Positions 22,844 to 33,450 of a stretch of 64,000 nt of DNA are shown piece after piece. Below the pieces are notes generated by a model. The model made no database searches. It saw nothing but the letters and a program-made list of their open reading frames with translations, and was not told the origin of the DNA. The position numbers and the translations under genes are program-made. Position 1 is the first letter of the stretch; the number at the start of each line of letters is the position of its first letter. This DNA comes from an uncultured delta proteobacterium (GTDB lineage Bacteria > Desulfobacterota > Syntrophia > Syntrophales > UBA5619), in contig CAWFOM010000009.1 of NCBI GenBank assembly GCA_963817385.1, positions 1-64,000 of the forward strand. The letters run 5' to 3'.

Positions 22844-23830
22844 TCAGGCAGCGATGTGACCGCCCAATTCATCCTCGATATGGATACGGATGATCTCGTC
22901 GAAGCTCGCCTCGGCTTTAAAGCCCAGCGAGATGGCGCGGCGAGCGTCGAAATTGCGCGGCCAGCCGGCAACTATCTTGATGATTTTCTCGTCTGGTTCC
23001 TCGCGGATAAGTCTGACCGCCTTATCGCCGGCGACGCGCCGTAACGCTTCGATCTCTTCGCCTACCGTTGCCGATAGTCCGGGAGCAGAGAGCGTCCGTC
23101 GCCAGCCCAAGACTTGCGTGTCGAGTCCCGCGGCATGCAGCAGAAAACCTGCCGCGGCGCGCGGGCTGGCAAACCAGTGCCGTATGTCGCGGCTAACCGG
23201 CAGCACCGCTTCCTGTCCGGAGAGCGGTTCGCGCAGGATGTTGGAGAAGAACCCCGAAGCCGCCAGATTCGGTTTACCCGGGCGGATAACGATGGTGGGC
23301 AACCTGATGCCGATGCCGTCCACGAACCCCCGCCGCGAATAGTCGTTGAGGAGCAACTCCCCGATTGCCTTCTGCGTACCGTAGCTGGTCAACGGGGTGG
23401 CGAAGAACTCGTCGCCGATAGCTTCGGGGAACGGCGCACCGAACACCGCGACCGAAGAGGTATACACCAGCTTTGGGAAATAGGGTCGGTTGATGCCCTC
23501 CAACCGGATCGCTTCGAGCAGCAAGCGCGTGCCGTCAAGATTGATCCGGTAGCCCTTCTCGAAATCGGCCTCCGCCTCACCCGAAACGATGGCCGCCAGA
23601 TGGAATATGAGATCGGGGCGCGAAGCAATGAGTGCCTGCGCCGCGCCGGGGGCGGATAGATCGGCGGGAATGGTCTCGACAGCGCCGGCATGGGGCATAG
23701 GTTCCGGCTTGATCACGTCAGTAAGTGTGAGTTTGACAATCTCTTTGCCGCCAACCTGGCCCGCCCTGACAAGGCCGGCGGTGAGCTTGCGGCCGACCAT
23801 ACCGGCGGCTCCGATAATCAGAATATGCAT
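22844..23830 (-). CDS. denD: D-erythronate dehydrogenase-like (extended SDR)
   Basis: GAAGMVG, FHLAAIVSGEAEADF, SYGTQKA and RPGKPNLAASGFFSNILREPL. Confidence 0.8.
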   Translation of the reverse strand: MHILIIGAAGMVGRKLTAGLVRAGQVGGKEIVKLTLTDVIKPEPMPHAGAVETIPADLSAPGAAQALIASRPDLIFHLAAIVSGEAEADFEKGYRINLDGTRLLLEAIRLEGINRPYFPKLVYTSSVAVFGAPFPEAIGDEFFATPLTSYGTQKAIGELLLNDYSRRGFVDGIGIRLPTIVIRPGKPNLAASGFFSNILREPLSGQEAVLPVSRDIRHWFASPRAAAGFLLHAAGLDTQVLGWRRTLSAPGLSATVGEEIEALRRVAGDKAVRLIREEPDEKIIKIVAGWPRNFDARRAISLGFKAEASFDEIIRIHIEDELGGHIAA

Positions 23831-23939
23831 ACAAAACCCTCCGTTGATAAATCATCTGCAAGTCTTCAGTAAAGTCTTCCGGATCACTATTATAATAATG
23901 TTCATCAGCCAGCCAAGCATGGTTATCGTACCAAATTGA

Positions 23940-24974
23940 TTATGGTGTAAGGATAACCTTCATTAACCCGTGTTCTTTATCATATAATCGTTTAAACCAT
24001 GATGCTCCCTCAGAAAGTGGGGCGACAGCGCTAATTAAGGCATCAACATCTATTTTTTTACAAACGATCATATCCATGCAAGCCGGATATTCTCCATTTG
24101 ATCCACACGATCCATACAGGGTAATTTCTCTTGTAACGACCGCCTGGAGGGGAAAATCAATTCTTGCACTTAAATTACCGACAAGCGTCAAGCTCCCCCC
24201 TTTTTTTACGGCGCCGATTCCCGTGTTGACGGCGGGAGAAATTCCCACCACTTCAAATGCACAATCGGCGCCTCTTTTGCTCGTTAATCTTAAAACCTCC
24301 TCTTCCACATTTACTCTCAGCGAGTTAAATCCAAAATCTGCACCCAATTTTTTGGCAACAGCAAGCTTTTCTTCGTCAATATCAACCGCAATGATCTTCC
24401 CGCAACCGGCGAGTCTCAACGATTGAATCACCAACAGTCCGATCATTCCCGCGCCTACCACAACAGCCGTATCGTTTAAACGAATTGGAGTTCTTTTTAC
24501 TGCATGAAAAGCGATTGAAAGGGCTTCGACCATTGCAGCCTGCTCGAAGGTAATTCCTTCAGGAAGTCTATAAAGAATATGCTGGGGGACAACGATATAT
24601 TCTGCAAAAGCACCGTGCTGTCGGTACTCTTTGCAGGAAACGCCGGCAACACGTCGATTATCGCAGAGATTAATCTGACCAAGTCGGCAGAAATGGCACT
24701 CCCCGCAATAAATTGTGGAATCAAATGTTACCTTGTCTCCTTTTACCCATTGGGTCACATTATTTCCAACTTCCGCAATAGTTCCTGAAGCTTCGTGTCC
24801 CATGACAATAGGAGGAATTCTTCTCCCGGTGCTCCCATCCATACCATGAACATCACTACCGCATATTCCACATGCTTTCACGCGTATGAGAACTTCATCA
24901 TCACGTTTGATTACTGGTCTATCCATGTCGATATATTCAAATTTATTGTATTCTTGTAATATAAGGGCTTTCAT
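23940..24974 (-). CDS. Zn-dependent sugar-alcohol dehydrogenase (galactitol-1-P/sorbitol DH-like)
   Basis: CGICGSD, GHE, CGECHFC..NLC and GAGMIG. Confidence 0.88.
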   Translation of the reverse strand: MKALILQEYNKFEYIDMDRPVIKRDDEVLIRVKACGICGSDVHGMDGSTGRRIPPIVMGHEASGTIAEVGNNVTQWVKGDKVTFDSTIYCGECHFCRLGQINLCDNRRVAGVSCKEYRQHGAFAEYIVVPQHILYRLPEGITFEQAAMVEALSIAFHAVKRTPIRLNDTAVVVGAGMIGLLVIQSLRLAGCGKIIAVDIDEEKLAVAKKLGADFGFNSLRVNVEEEVLRLTSKRGADCAFEVVGISPAVNTGIGAVKKGGSLTLVGNLSARIDFPLQAVVTREITLYGSCGSNGEYPACMDMIVCKKIDVDALISAVAPLSEGASWFKRLYDKEHGLMKVILTP

Positions 24975-25177
24975 TTATTTCTCCTTAAAAATATTGGTAT
25001 CTTCTTGCCTTCTGCATTGCAACTTAAAACGCTGGAAGCATTATTCCGGCATTGAGAAGGAGTCACAAAATAACCACTTCGATCAACTGTTTCCATGATG
25101 ACGGGGTGTATAGATACAGAGATCATCAAGCGGCTGGGAGACGGTTAATATCGGTGACCCGGTTATGATAAAATCAT

Positions 25178-25208
25178 CTTGACATACAAGACTCGTTTCC
25201 GTATCGTC
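25178..25208 (+). promoter_or_regulatory. sigma70 promoter of the ABC operon (conserved promoter family)
   Basis: CTTGACATACAAGACTCGTTTCCGTATCGTC: TTGACA-17-TATCGT. Confidence 0.7.
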
Positions 25209-25265
25209 ATTACGCTAAAGTGCGGCTTCTTGTCAATCCAATTCACTTAACAGGAAAGGAGGAAC

Positions 25266-26618
25266 GTGATGAAGGGCCATCCGAAGAAGGGAAAGGAAAG
25301 GGTTAAGTTAAGTCGGCGTGATTTTCTCAAGGCAGGAGCGGCCGGCTTGGGTGTAGCTGCCATGGGAGGGCTGCTGCCCGACATGCTCCTCGCCGCCAAG
25401 GCGCCGGCGTTCAAGAAAGGGACAAAACTCTCCATCCTGCAGGGCTCTTATTTCATCGCGCCTTCGCAGGACCTGTACAAGAGGCAGGCTCAGGAGTGGG
25501 GCGAGGCGAACGGCGTTGAGATGGCTTGCGACTTCCTGAACTGGCCGGACCTGCAGCCCAAGATTGCGGCCTCCGTCCAGGCCGGCGGTTACGACATCGT
25601 CGAACTATGGGGCGGCTGGAACTATCTCTATCAAGACAACCTTGTAGAGGTAAGCGATATTGCCGAGGCTTTCGGAAAGAGAAACGGCGGGTGGGAAAGA
25701 TTTGTTGAGCTCTCTTACAAGGTTGGAAACCGCTGTCTGGGAGTTCCCCATGGTTACTCCAATGGTTCCATGGCCTACCGGATCAGTTGGTTCAAGGAAG
25801 CCGGATGCCCGAACGCCGAGGATGGGAACAAAATTGATTTGACCTGGGACGAGTACTTCGCCATCGGCAAGAAGTGTAAAGCAAACGGGCACCCATTCGG
25901 GCAGGCACTCGGCCACAGCACCGGGGATCCTCCGGGATATTGCTATCCGTATATGTGGTCCTACGGGGCCATGGAAGTGGAAAAGGACGGCAAGACCATA
26001 GCCTTCAATAAGCCCCAGTTTGTAGAAGGAATGCGGAAGTTCATCGAGGGCTGGAAGGACGCCTATGATGAAACCGGGACCTCCTGGGACGACAGCAACA
26101 ACAACCGCGCATATCTTTCCGGCCAGATCTCCAGCACCTTCAACGGCTCCAGCATCTATTTTGCCGCAAAGAAGGATAAACCGGAGATCGCCGCAGACAC
26201 GCACCACATACTCATTCCCAAAGGACCGGCCGGCCGGTTCTACTGGCTGGATACCCGGACATTCGCCATCCTGAAGAACTCGAAAAATATACCGGCAGCC
26301 AAAGCGTTCTTGAAGTGGTGGTTCGAAGAAAAACAGTTCGGCGACTGGTGGCGCAGCCAGAAAGGGTATATGCTTCAGCCGGTGAAAAAGTATTACACCG
26401 ATCCTGTCTGGTTCGAAGATCCGAAAATGGCCCCCTTCCGGGAACAGCCCAAGTACGGGTTAAACCAGGGCTATGCCGGCCCGCCGAATAGAAAAGCAGC
26501 CGAGGCGTGGTCAAAGTATATCGTAGTGGACACTTTTGCTAAGGCCGTCCAGGGCGGGGATGCCAAACAGGCGATTGAATGGGGCGCGGACCAGTTGAAA
26601 CGGATATATGGCAGGTAA
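25266..26618 (+). CDS. Carbohydrate ABC substrate-binding protein with a Tat signal
   Basis: SRRDFLK twin-arginine motif; SBP_bac_1-like; followed by permeases. Confidence 0.9.
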   Translation: MMKGHPKKGKERVKLSRRDFLKAGAAGLGVAAMGGLLPDMLLAAKAPAFKKGTKLSILQGSYFIAPSQDLYKRQAQEWGEANGVEMACDFLNWPDLQPKIAASVQAGGYDIVELWGGWNYLYQDNLVEVSDIAEAFGKRNGGWERFVELSYKVGNRCLGVPHGYSNGSMAYRISWFKEAGCPNAEDGNKIDLTWDEYFAIGKKCKANGHPFGQALGHSTGDPPGYCYPYMWSYGAMEVEKDGKTIAFNKPQFVEGMRKFIEGWKDAYDETGTSWDDSNNNRAYLSGQISSTFNGSSIYFAAKKDKPEIAADTHHILIPKGPAGRFYWLDTRTFAILKNSKNIPAAKAFLKWWFEEKQFGDWWRSQKGYMLQPVKKYYTDPVWFEDPKMAPFREQPKYGLNQGYAGPPNRKAAEAWSKYIVVDTFAKAVQGGDAKQAIEWGADQLKRIYGR

Positions 26619-26725
26619 TTCCCAGTGAGATGGGGGGTGGATTGAAAACCAATCCATCCCCCTATTTTTTGAATATTCTGAGCATATCTCCTATGGTCAA
26701 TGGTTCTCGATTAAAATCCTTTTCC

Positions 26726-27601
26726 ATGAGGGACTTTTTTGACAGGGAGAGGAATCTCGGCATCATTCTCATGTTACCGGGGGCCATCCTCCTGATTGCT
26801 TTCATGGCCTATCCTTTTTTTATCGGCATCTGGCTCTCCCTGACGGACAGCATGATCGGACGAGCAGGGCAATTTATCGGCCTCAGGAATTTTACGGATC
26901 TGCTGACCGACACCATCTTTCACCAAACCGCCCGAAATACCTTCATCTATGCTCTGGTAACCGTCCCCTTTAAGGCCATGCTCGGCTTGGGGCTGGCTTT
27001 GGTCCTGAACCGGCATATGCGGTTCAGCAGCCCGATCCGCGCCGCCGTGATGATGCCCTGGATCGTTCCCACCGCGCTCAGTTCTCTGGGTTGGTTCATG
27101 ATCTTCGATCCGGTCTTCAGTCCGATCAGCTGGCTCTTTAAACATATGGGTTTAATCAGCAAGAACATCAATTTCCTGGGAGATCCCATTTTGGCGATTT
27201 CCTCGGTTTGCTGGGCAAATATCTGGCGCGGAGTCCCCTTTTTCGGAATCACCATTCTGGCCGGGCTGCAGTCGGTTCCCCAGGAGCTGCATGAGGCCGC
27301 GGCGATTGACGGGGCCTCAGTCTGGCATCGGTTCCGTCATGTGACCATCCCTTCGATCAAAGGAGTGGTCCTGATTGCCTCTCTCCTGTCCATTATCTGG
27401 ACCTTTGCGGATTTCCAGCTCATCTATATTTTGACCAAAGGAGGACCGGCAAACCAGACCCATATTTTTGGAACCTATACGTACCAAATTGGCTTGTCGG
27501 CAACGGAAATCGGCATGGGCGCGGCCATTTCCCTGTACATGTTCCCCATCCTCGCCGTCTTCGCCATTCTGCTTCTCATTTATCTACGGAGGGAACAATA
27601 A
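26726..27601 (+). CDS. Carbohydrate ABC permease (start uncertain)
   Basis: FIGLRNF, PWIVP, EAAAIDGA (EAA loop) and TKGGP. Confidence 0.92.
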   Translation: MRDFFDRERNLGIILMLPGAILLIAFMAYPFFIGIWLSLTDSMIGRAGQFIGLRNFTDLLTDTIFHQTARNTFIYALVTVPFKAMLGLGLALVLNRHMRFSSPIRAAVMMPWIVPTALSSLGWFMIFDPVFSPISWLFKHMGLISKNINFLGDPILAISSVCWANIWRGVPFFGITILAGLQSVPQELHEAAAIDGASVWHRFRHVTIPSIKGVVLIASLLSIIWTFADFQLIYILTKGGPANQTHIFGTYTYQIGLSATEIGMGAAISLYMFPILAVFAILLLIYLRREQ

Positions 27602-27602
27602 A

Positions 27603-28448
27603 ATGGTTGGGAGCAACGTCTTTCGTGCCAAGTTTTTCAGCCTCTATCTGCCCCTGGCGTTATATTTGCTCGTCCTCCTCTTTCCCTTTTATTGGATGTT
27701 GATCGTTTCTTTCAAGCCCACGAACGACCTTTTCGAAATGAAATTCAATCCGTTCTGGATCCAGCAATTCACCCTGGAAAATTATTTGTATCTTTTCCAG
27801 AATACCGATTTTCTAACCTGGCTGAAAAACACCCTTATTGTCTCCGTCGTTTCTACGGCCTTATCGCTGATATGCAGCATCTTCATCGGTTACGCCTTGG
27901 CCCGGCTGCGTTTTCCCGGGAGCAATTTTTTGGGGCTGGGAATCTTTCTGGCTTATCTGGTCCCCCCCACTCTCCTCTTCCTTCCCCTGGCGCAGGTTAT
28001 TAACGGATTCGGTCTGAACAACACCTACTGGGCGCTTATTCTTACTTATCCAACCCAGTTGATTCCTTTTGCCTCCTGGCTCTTGATGGGTTATTTTCGA
28101 ACGATCCCGAAGGAAATCGAGGAAAGCGCGATGGCCGACGGCTGCTCGCGCATCCAGATCCTCGTGCGCATGGTCCTGCCCCTCTCCGTTCCAGGCCTCC
28201 TTTCGGCCGGGATTTTTTGTTTCACGCTGTGCTGGAATGAATTTCTCTATGCCCTTATCTTCATGTCTTCCGGCTCCATGAAAACCGTCTCCGTGGGAAC
28301 GGTCAGCGATCTGATCAAGGCCGACACCCTGTTCTGGGGTGCGCTTATGGCCTCCGCGGTTTTAGGGTCCTTTCCGATAGCTTTCATATATTCATTTTTC
28401 GTGAAGCATTACGTCTCCGGCCTCACGGCCGGGGCCGTGAAAGGGTAG
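27603..28448 (+). CDS. Carbohydrate ABC permease
   Basis: LFPFYWM, GYALAR, EIEESAMADG, WNEF and GLTAGAVKG. Confidence 0.92.
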   Translation: MVGSNVFRAKFFSLYLPLALYLLVLLFPFYWMLIVSFKPTNDLFEMKFNPFWIQQFTLENYLYLFQNTDFLTWLKNTLIVSVVSTALSLICSIFIGYALARLRFPGSNFLGLGIFLAYLVPPTLLFLPLAQVINGFGLNNTYWALILTYPTQLIPFASWLLMGYFRTIPKEIEESAMADGCSRIQILVRMVLPLSVPGLLSAGIFCFTLCWNEFLYALIFMSSGSMKTVSVGTVSDLIKADTLFWGALMASAVLGSFPIAFIYSFFVKHYVSGLTAGAVKG

Positions 28449-28452
28449 TTTA

Positions 28453-29250
28453 ATGAAAAAAAGAAAAAATGTTTTGCGCAATCTTTTGAAAGCCGGAAAG
28501 CCTTCTTTGGGAGTGCATGTGCACGTCACCTGGCCCGGGTTCGTGGAAGTCATCGGGCAAACCGGTGTCATCGACTATATCGAGTTCTCGGGGGAATACG
28601 CACCCTACGATCTATATTCCCTGGAAAATTTCGGACGAGCGGTGGATCTCTTTCCGCACATGACCTCCATGATCAAGATCGACCAGGACCCCAAGCTATT
28701 TTTGACGAGCCGGGCGATCGGTTCCGGCATTCCGAACCTCCTTTTCGCGGATATCCGCGGCGTGGAAGACGCACGGGAATCGGTTGCCGCCGCTCGGGCG
28801 GAAACACCAAGAACAAAGGGTTTTATGGGCGCGGCGATGCGGAGGGATGTCGGCTATGTTCTCGGACCCGGGTCCAGGGAATACGTGCAGCAGCTCGAAG
28901 AAGGTGTTGTCGCCCTGATGATCGAGAAACAGGCCGCCATCGAAAACCTGGAGGCGATCCTTTCCGTGAAAGGGGTCGACATGGTCCAGTTCGGGCCGGC
29001 CGATTACTCCATGTCTCTCGGAATACCGGGGCTGTGGAACGATGCTCGGGTGAAAGAAGCTGAGGAATACATGATTAAAACGGCCATCAACATGGGGGTC
29101 GTCCCCCGGGTCGAACTGATGGATTTCAAGGATGCCGAGCCCTACCTGAAATTGGGGGTCAAACATTTCTGCGTGGGTTGGGATGTGTTCATCATCCAGA
29201 AATTCTGCCAGGAGCAGGGTGCAGCCTTTCGAAAGGTTTTCGGCCGATAA
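28453..29250 (+). CDS. HpcH/HpaI-family class II pyruvate aldolase
   Basis: LMIE..AIENLEAILSVKGVDMVQFGPADYSMSLG motif. Confidence 0.85.
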   Translation: MKKRKNVLRNLLKAGKPSLGVHVHVTWPGFVEVIGQTGVIDYIEFSGEYAPYDLYSLENFGRAVDLFPHMTSMIKIDQDPKLFLTSRAIGSGIPNLLFADIRGVEDARESVAAARAETPRTKGFMGAAMRRDVGYVLGPGSREYVQQLEEGVVALMIEKQAAIENLEAILSVKGVDMVQFGPADYSMSLGIPGLWNDARVKEAEEYMIKTAINMGVVPRVELMDFKDAEPYLKLGVKHFCVGWDVFIIQKFCQEQGAAFRKVFGR

Positions 29251-29301
29251 ATCATTTCATATATAAGCCGGATTTCCCGGCGTTCGTGAAGGAGAGTCAC
29301 C

Positions 29302-30396
29302 ATGGCCAAAGTCTTGATGGAGAAGCTGAACAAGCATTACGGGGAAGTGATGGCGGTGAAGGACCTGGATTTGGAGATTCTGGACAAGGAGTTCATGGTT
29401 TTGGTGGGGCCTTCGGGCTGCGGCAAGACAACAACTCTTCGCATGGTCGCCGGTCTGGAAGAGATCACCGCCGGGGATATTTACATCGACGACAAAGTGG
29501 TTAACCATCTCCCCCCCAAGGACCGGGACATTGCCATGGTGTTCCAGAACTACGCCCTGTACCCCCACATGACGGTTTACCAGAACATGGCCTTTGCGTT
29601 GACCTTGCGGAAGATCCCCAAGGCGGAGATCGACCAGCGAGTGAAGGATGCGGCGGAAATCCTGAATATCGGCGAGCTGTTACAGCGAAAACCCAAGGCT
29701 TTGTCCGGGGGACAGCGGCAGCGGGTGGCGGTGGGGAGAGCGATCGTGCGGAAGCCGAAGGTATTCTTGTTCGATGAGCCTTTATCGAACCTGGATGCGA
29801 AGCTGAGAGTTCAGATGCGGGTAGAACTCAAGAAGCTGCATGAGCGGCTGCAGACTACCATCATCTATGTGACCCATGATCAGGTGGAGGCGATGACGAT
29901 GGGGGACCGGATCGTGGTGATGAAGGATGGGTTGAAGCAGCAGGTGGGGCCGCCTCTGGGACTTTATTTTAAACCGGCGAACAAGTTTGTGGCAGGATTT
30001 ATCGGGAGTCCGGCGATGAATTTTATTGAGGGGGATCTTTTATCGGAGAGGGGAGAGTTATATTTCCAGGCAGCGGGGATGAAGTTGAAGGTGCCGAAGG
30101 ACAAGGCGGAGCCGCTGAGGAAATACGGCAAGAAGCGGGTGATCTTTGGGATTCGTCCGGAGGATTTGCCGGAGGCGGCTTGTGCGTTGCCTGGGGAGAC
30201 GATCGAGGCGGTGGTGGAGGTGACGGAGCCTCTCGGGTGCGATGTGTTTTTGGATGTGAAGATTGGGGAGAGGAGTTTGACTGCCCGAGCGGAGCCGACG
30301 ACGCAGGCGAAGCCGCATGCCGCGATCTGCCTTCAGCCGTCGCCGGAGAACATGCGGTTTTTTGACATTGAAACGGAGAAGGCGCTCATTACATAA
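29302..30396 (+). CDS. Carbohydrate ABC ATP-binding protein (MalK/UgpC family)
   Basis: GPSGCGKTT, VFQNYALYPH, LSGGQRQR and FIGSP; TOBE-like tail. Confidence 0.95.
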   Translation: MAKVLMEKLNKHYGEVMAVKDLDLEILDKEFMVLVGPSGCGKTTTLRMVAGLEEITAGDIYIDDKVVNHLPPKDRDIAMVFQNYALYPHMTVYQNMAFALTLRKIPKAEIDQRVKDAAEILNIGELLQRKPKALSGGQRQRVAVGRAIVRKPKVFLFDEPLSNLDAKLRVQMRVELKKLHERLQTTIIYVTHDQVEAMTMGDRIVVMKDGLKQQVGPPLGLYFKPANKFVAGFIGSPAMNFIEGDLLSERGELYFQAAGMKLKVPKDKAEPLRKYGKKRVIFGIRPEDLPEAACALPGETIEAVVEVTEPLGCDVFLDVKIGERSLTARAEPTTQAKPHAAICLQPSPENMRFFDIETEKALIT

Positions 30397-30440
30397 GACG
30401 CAGAGCCGGGCGCATGGCGCAGAAAGCAGAGCGCAGAAAA
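30397..30440. repeat. Degenerate 7-mer tandem repeat tract
   Basis: GCATGGC GCAGAAA GCAGAGC GCAGAAA directly after the stop codon. Confidence 0.5.
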
Positions 30441-30533
30441 CATCGGAAGGGCATTTTTGAATTTTAATGCCGGGTGCTCCCGCGGAGAAGGGATGCTCCC
30501 CTGCCCTCTTTGACGGAAACAAGAGGTTTTTCT

Positions 30534-31523
30534 TTAAAGAATCCCCTGGTTGGATTTAGCCTGAGGATTCAGGCAATTCGGCGGTATTTGATTATTCAGC
30601 GCGGCAATAATGTCCCTGGCGCAAACGGCGGCCATCTCGATTCTCGTCTCCGTGGTCGAGGTGCCGACATGCGGCGACAACACAACGTTGGGAAGTTCGG
30701 ATAGCCCATCCATTAAATCAGGCTCTTTCTCGAAGACATCCAAACCGGCTCCTGCAAATTGACCTTTCCGTAACGCCTCTACCAGTGCCTTCTCATCAAC
30801 AATCGGACCGCGTGCATCATTGATCAGTATGGCCGTTTTCTTCATCAGCTTGAACTCATCAGCCCCGATAAGATGTCGGGTGGAGGGGAGCAGAGGAGCA
30901 TGCACGGATATAAAATCTGCTGACTTAAAAAGCGTTTCTTTGTCGACGAACTGACCACCCGTCGCGGCTTCAAAGGCAGGCATTTTCTGGACATCCGTGT
31001 AGATCACCTTCATTCTGAATCCCTGTGCACGCCGGGCAACCGCCTGCCCGATCCGGCCGCCGCCGACGATGCCCAGCGTCTTGCCCGTCACTTGGGTGCC
31101 CACCAAATTCATCGGGTTCCAGCCCTTTTTCCCGGCCCGAACGAACTGATCGCACTCTACGATTCGCCTTGCCGTTGCCAACAACAACGTCCAGGCCAGA
31201 TCAGCCGTGGCGTCGGTGACAACATCAGGCGTGTTGGTCACATAGATGCCCTGTTTGGTTGCACTCTCCACGTCGATATTATTGTAACCCACGCCATAGC
31301 AGGAAAAAATTTTGCATTTCGCTTTGACGCTGCGGCATATCTCCTCATCGATGATCGTCGAAATAACGAGCACGGCATCGCGGCCTTTCATCTTGGCCAG
31401 CAACTCATCTCTCGTCAGTACCCGGTCTTCGCTGTTCATCTCTACATCATAGTCACCCAAGAAATCGAATATTTGAACCGGGATGGGTCGCGTTACATAG
31501 ACACTGGCTTTCGTCATCATCAT
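30534..31523 (-). CDS. D-2-hydroxyacid dehydrogenase (glyoxylate/2-ketogluconate reductase-like)
   Basis: GVGYNNID, VTNTPDV, GGGRIG, INDARG, LDVFEKEP and PHVG. Confidence 0.92.
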   Translation of the reverse strand: MMMTKASVYVTRPIPVQIFDFLGDYDVEMNSEDRVLTRDELLAKMKGRDAVLVISTIIDEEICRSVKAKCKIFSCYGVGYNNIDVESATKQGIYVTNTPDVVTDATADLAWTLLLATARRIVECDQFVRAGKKGWNPMNLVGTQVTGKTLGIVGGGRIGQAVARRAQGFRMKVIYTDVQKMPAFEAATGGQFVDKETLFKSADFISVHAPLLPSTRHLIGADEFKLMKKTAILINDARGPIVDEKALVEALRKGQFAGAGLDVFEKEPDLMDGLSELPNVVLSPHVGTSTTETRIEMAAVCARDIIAALNNQIPPNCLNPQAKSNQGIL

Positions 31524-31563
31524 CACCTCAAATTGGGTTCGTTCAATCAATGTCTTGACCGGG

Positions 31564-31594
31564 GACGATACGGAAAGGCGTTTTGCGTGTCAAG
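31564..31594 (-). promoter_or_regulatory. sigma70 promoter (conserved promoter family)
   Basis: Minus strand CTTGACACGCAAAACGCCTTTCCGTATCGTC. Confidence 0.7.
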
Positions 31595-31686
31595 GAGAAT
31601 TGCCCGGTTACGGCCGGTTTTCCTTTCCCGCCTTCGCGCCCAGTCTGCATGACGGAATGCCGTGGAAAAACACGAAATCAGACCGG

Positions 31687-32346
31687 TCAGGCCCGGTTGT
31701 TCACCAGCTCCCTCAAATGCCTGGCAAAGGACTCTATCATGAAATAAAAGGCGGTAGCTCCGCCATCCCGCTTACCCACCGTCCCGTCAGGACGCCAGCT
31801 GCCCCGTCCGAATTTGGCCTTCATATTGTCCGTGGCCAGCATACCGGCTTCAGCGGCGGACACTGCGGCTTTCAGGGCCTCTGCAATATCCCCTTTTTCG
31901 GTAAAGGATCGCTGAAATGTTTCGACCGCCGGGACCAGCGAGTCCAGCATGGTTTTATCACCGACCTCAGCCTTGCCCCTCTTTTTTATGCCGTCGACGG
32001 CTCCGTTTCCCATCGCTATCAGATCAACAGCCGTGATCTCCGTTTTATTCAAAACGGCTTTACCGGCCCCCATAAAGGCCGACGCCTGCAAGGTACCGAA
32101 GGTGGAAGGATTGACTTTATTGACATTCATCCCGCATTTGGTCAGCATTTTGCCGATATCAGCTTCATCCGGGGCGGCCAGGTAAGCGATCAGGGCATCG
32201 GAACCCATCCCAATGGTCACCCCCAGGTCGCCGTCGCCCATCACCGCGTCGAGGTCCCGCAACTGGTCGACATGTCCCTTCATATCGCCGGCTACCTTGG
32301 TTAAAACTGAGGCCAGATCCGCTCTGTTCAATTTAACACCCGTCAT
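31687..32346 (-). CDS. dhaL: Dihydroxyacetone kinase family L subunit (DAK2)
   Basis: LDAVMGDGDLG, GKAEVGDKTMLD and AKFGR. Confidence 0.88.
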   Translation of the reverse strand: MTGVKLNRADLASVLTKVAGDMKGHVDQLRDLDAVMGDGDLGVTIGMGSDALIAYLAAPDEADIGKMLTKCGMNVNKVNPSTFGTLQASAFMGAGKAVLNKTEITAVDLIAMGNGAVDGIKKRGKAEVGDKTMLDSLVPAVETFQRSFTEKGDIAEALKAAVSAAEAGMLATDNMKAKFGRGSWRPDGTVGKRDGGATAFYFMIESFARHLRELVNNRA

Positions 32347-33353
32347 GACTTTCTCCATTGCGGCAGGAAGGGTGAAAAGGCCGGTGCGTCCAGCAGTTTC
32401 TTGAATTCATCATCGAGACGAAGCAAACTCAATGAGGCTCCCGCCATCTCCATGGAGGTCGCGTATTCTCCCACAAAGGTCCTATAAACCTTTATTCCCT
32501 GGGCTTTCAGGATATCATGGACCCTGCTGGAGAGGATAAACAACTCCTCCGGAGGGGTAGCGCCCAGTCCATTCATCAACATGGCCGCTTCATCGCCTGA
32601 TTTGAAGGGCAGGTCATTGATGACCCTCTCAGCCATAATTGCAGCCACTTCATCCGCTTTCTTCAATTTGGTCCTTTCGATTCCCGGTTCGCCGTGAATT
32701 CCCATGCCTATTTCCATCTCATCTTCGGCAATAGTAAAATTCGGCTTACCCACAGCGGGAATCGTGCAGGGGCTCAATGCCACTCCCATTGTACAGGTAT
32801 TGGCGATGGCCCGGTCGGTCGTAGCCTTGACCTCATCGAGGGTGGCCATCGTATCAGCCTTCGCCCCGGCAATTTTATAGGCGAAGAATATACCGGCAAT
32901 ACCGCGGCGACGCTCTTTCTGTGAAACGGGTGCCGAGGCGACGTCATCCGCCGCCACGCTTGATTTAACGGGGATATCATCCATAGACGCCATTTCGGCT
33001 GCCATCTCGAAATTCATCGTATCGCCGCTGTAGTTTCCGAAAAGATAAAAGACGCCTGCCCCGCCGTTAACCTCTCTGGTGACGGCCAGCATAGCATCGG
33101 CGCTCGGTGAAGCAAAAACATTGCCGATTGAGACCCCGTCCAGCAGTCCCGGACCTACATACCCTAAAAACACCGGAATGTGTCCCGAACCACCGCCGGT
33201 GCAAATGGCCACTTTTCCCTCGACCGGCGCGTCGGCCCGCACCAGACCGCGCGGGCTTTCCTTTGACAGGCGCAGGTGGAAAGGATAGGCTTTGAGAATT
33301 CCGGATATCGTCTCATCGACAAATTGAAGAGGATCATTAATCAACTTCTTCAT
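32343..33353 (-). CDS. dhaK: Dihydroxyacetone kinase family K subunit (DAK1)
   Basis: MKKLIN, GGGSGH, GNVFASP, NYSGD, GMGIHGEPG and TSMEMAG. Confidence 0.92.
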   Translation of the reverse strand: MKKLINDPLQFVDETISGILKAYPFHLRLSKESPRGLVRADAPVEGKVAICTGGGSGHIPVFLGYVGPGLLDGVSIGNVFASPSADAMLAVTREVNGGAGVFYLFGNYSGDTMNFEMAAEMASMDDIPVKSSVAADDVASAPVSQKERRRGIAGIFFAYKIAGAKADTMATLDEVKATTDRAIANTCTMGVALSPCTIPAVGKPNFTIAEDEMEIGMGIHGEPGIERTKLKKADEVAAIMAERVINDLPFKSGDEAAMLMNGLGATPPEELFILSSRVHDILKAQGIKVYRTFVGEYATSMEMAGASLSLLRLDDEFKKLLDAPAFSPFLPQWRKS

Positions 33354-33450
33354 TCATTTATCTCCTTTGGGAACGTCATTACCATTTCGTTATAATGGAA
33401 AACATCGAAAGCGATGATTGAATCGATAAGAAGTTGCGTTTGCGTGGGCT

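Noticed and set aside
30470..30505. GGGTGCTCC...GGAG resembling the start of a TPP riboswitch
   Set aside because: Lacks the CTGAGA and CCTGA core motifs and lies between convergent gene ends
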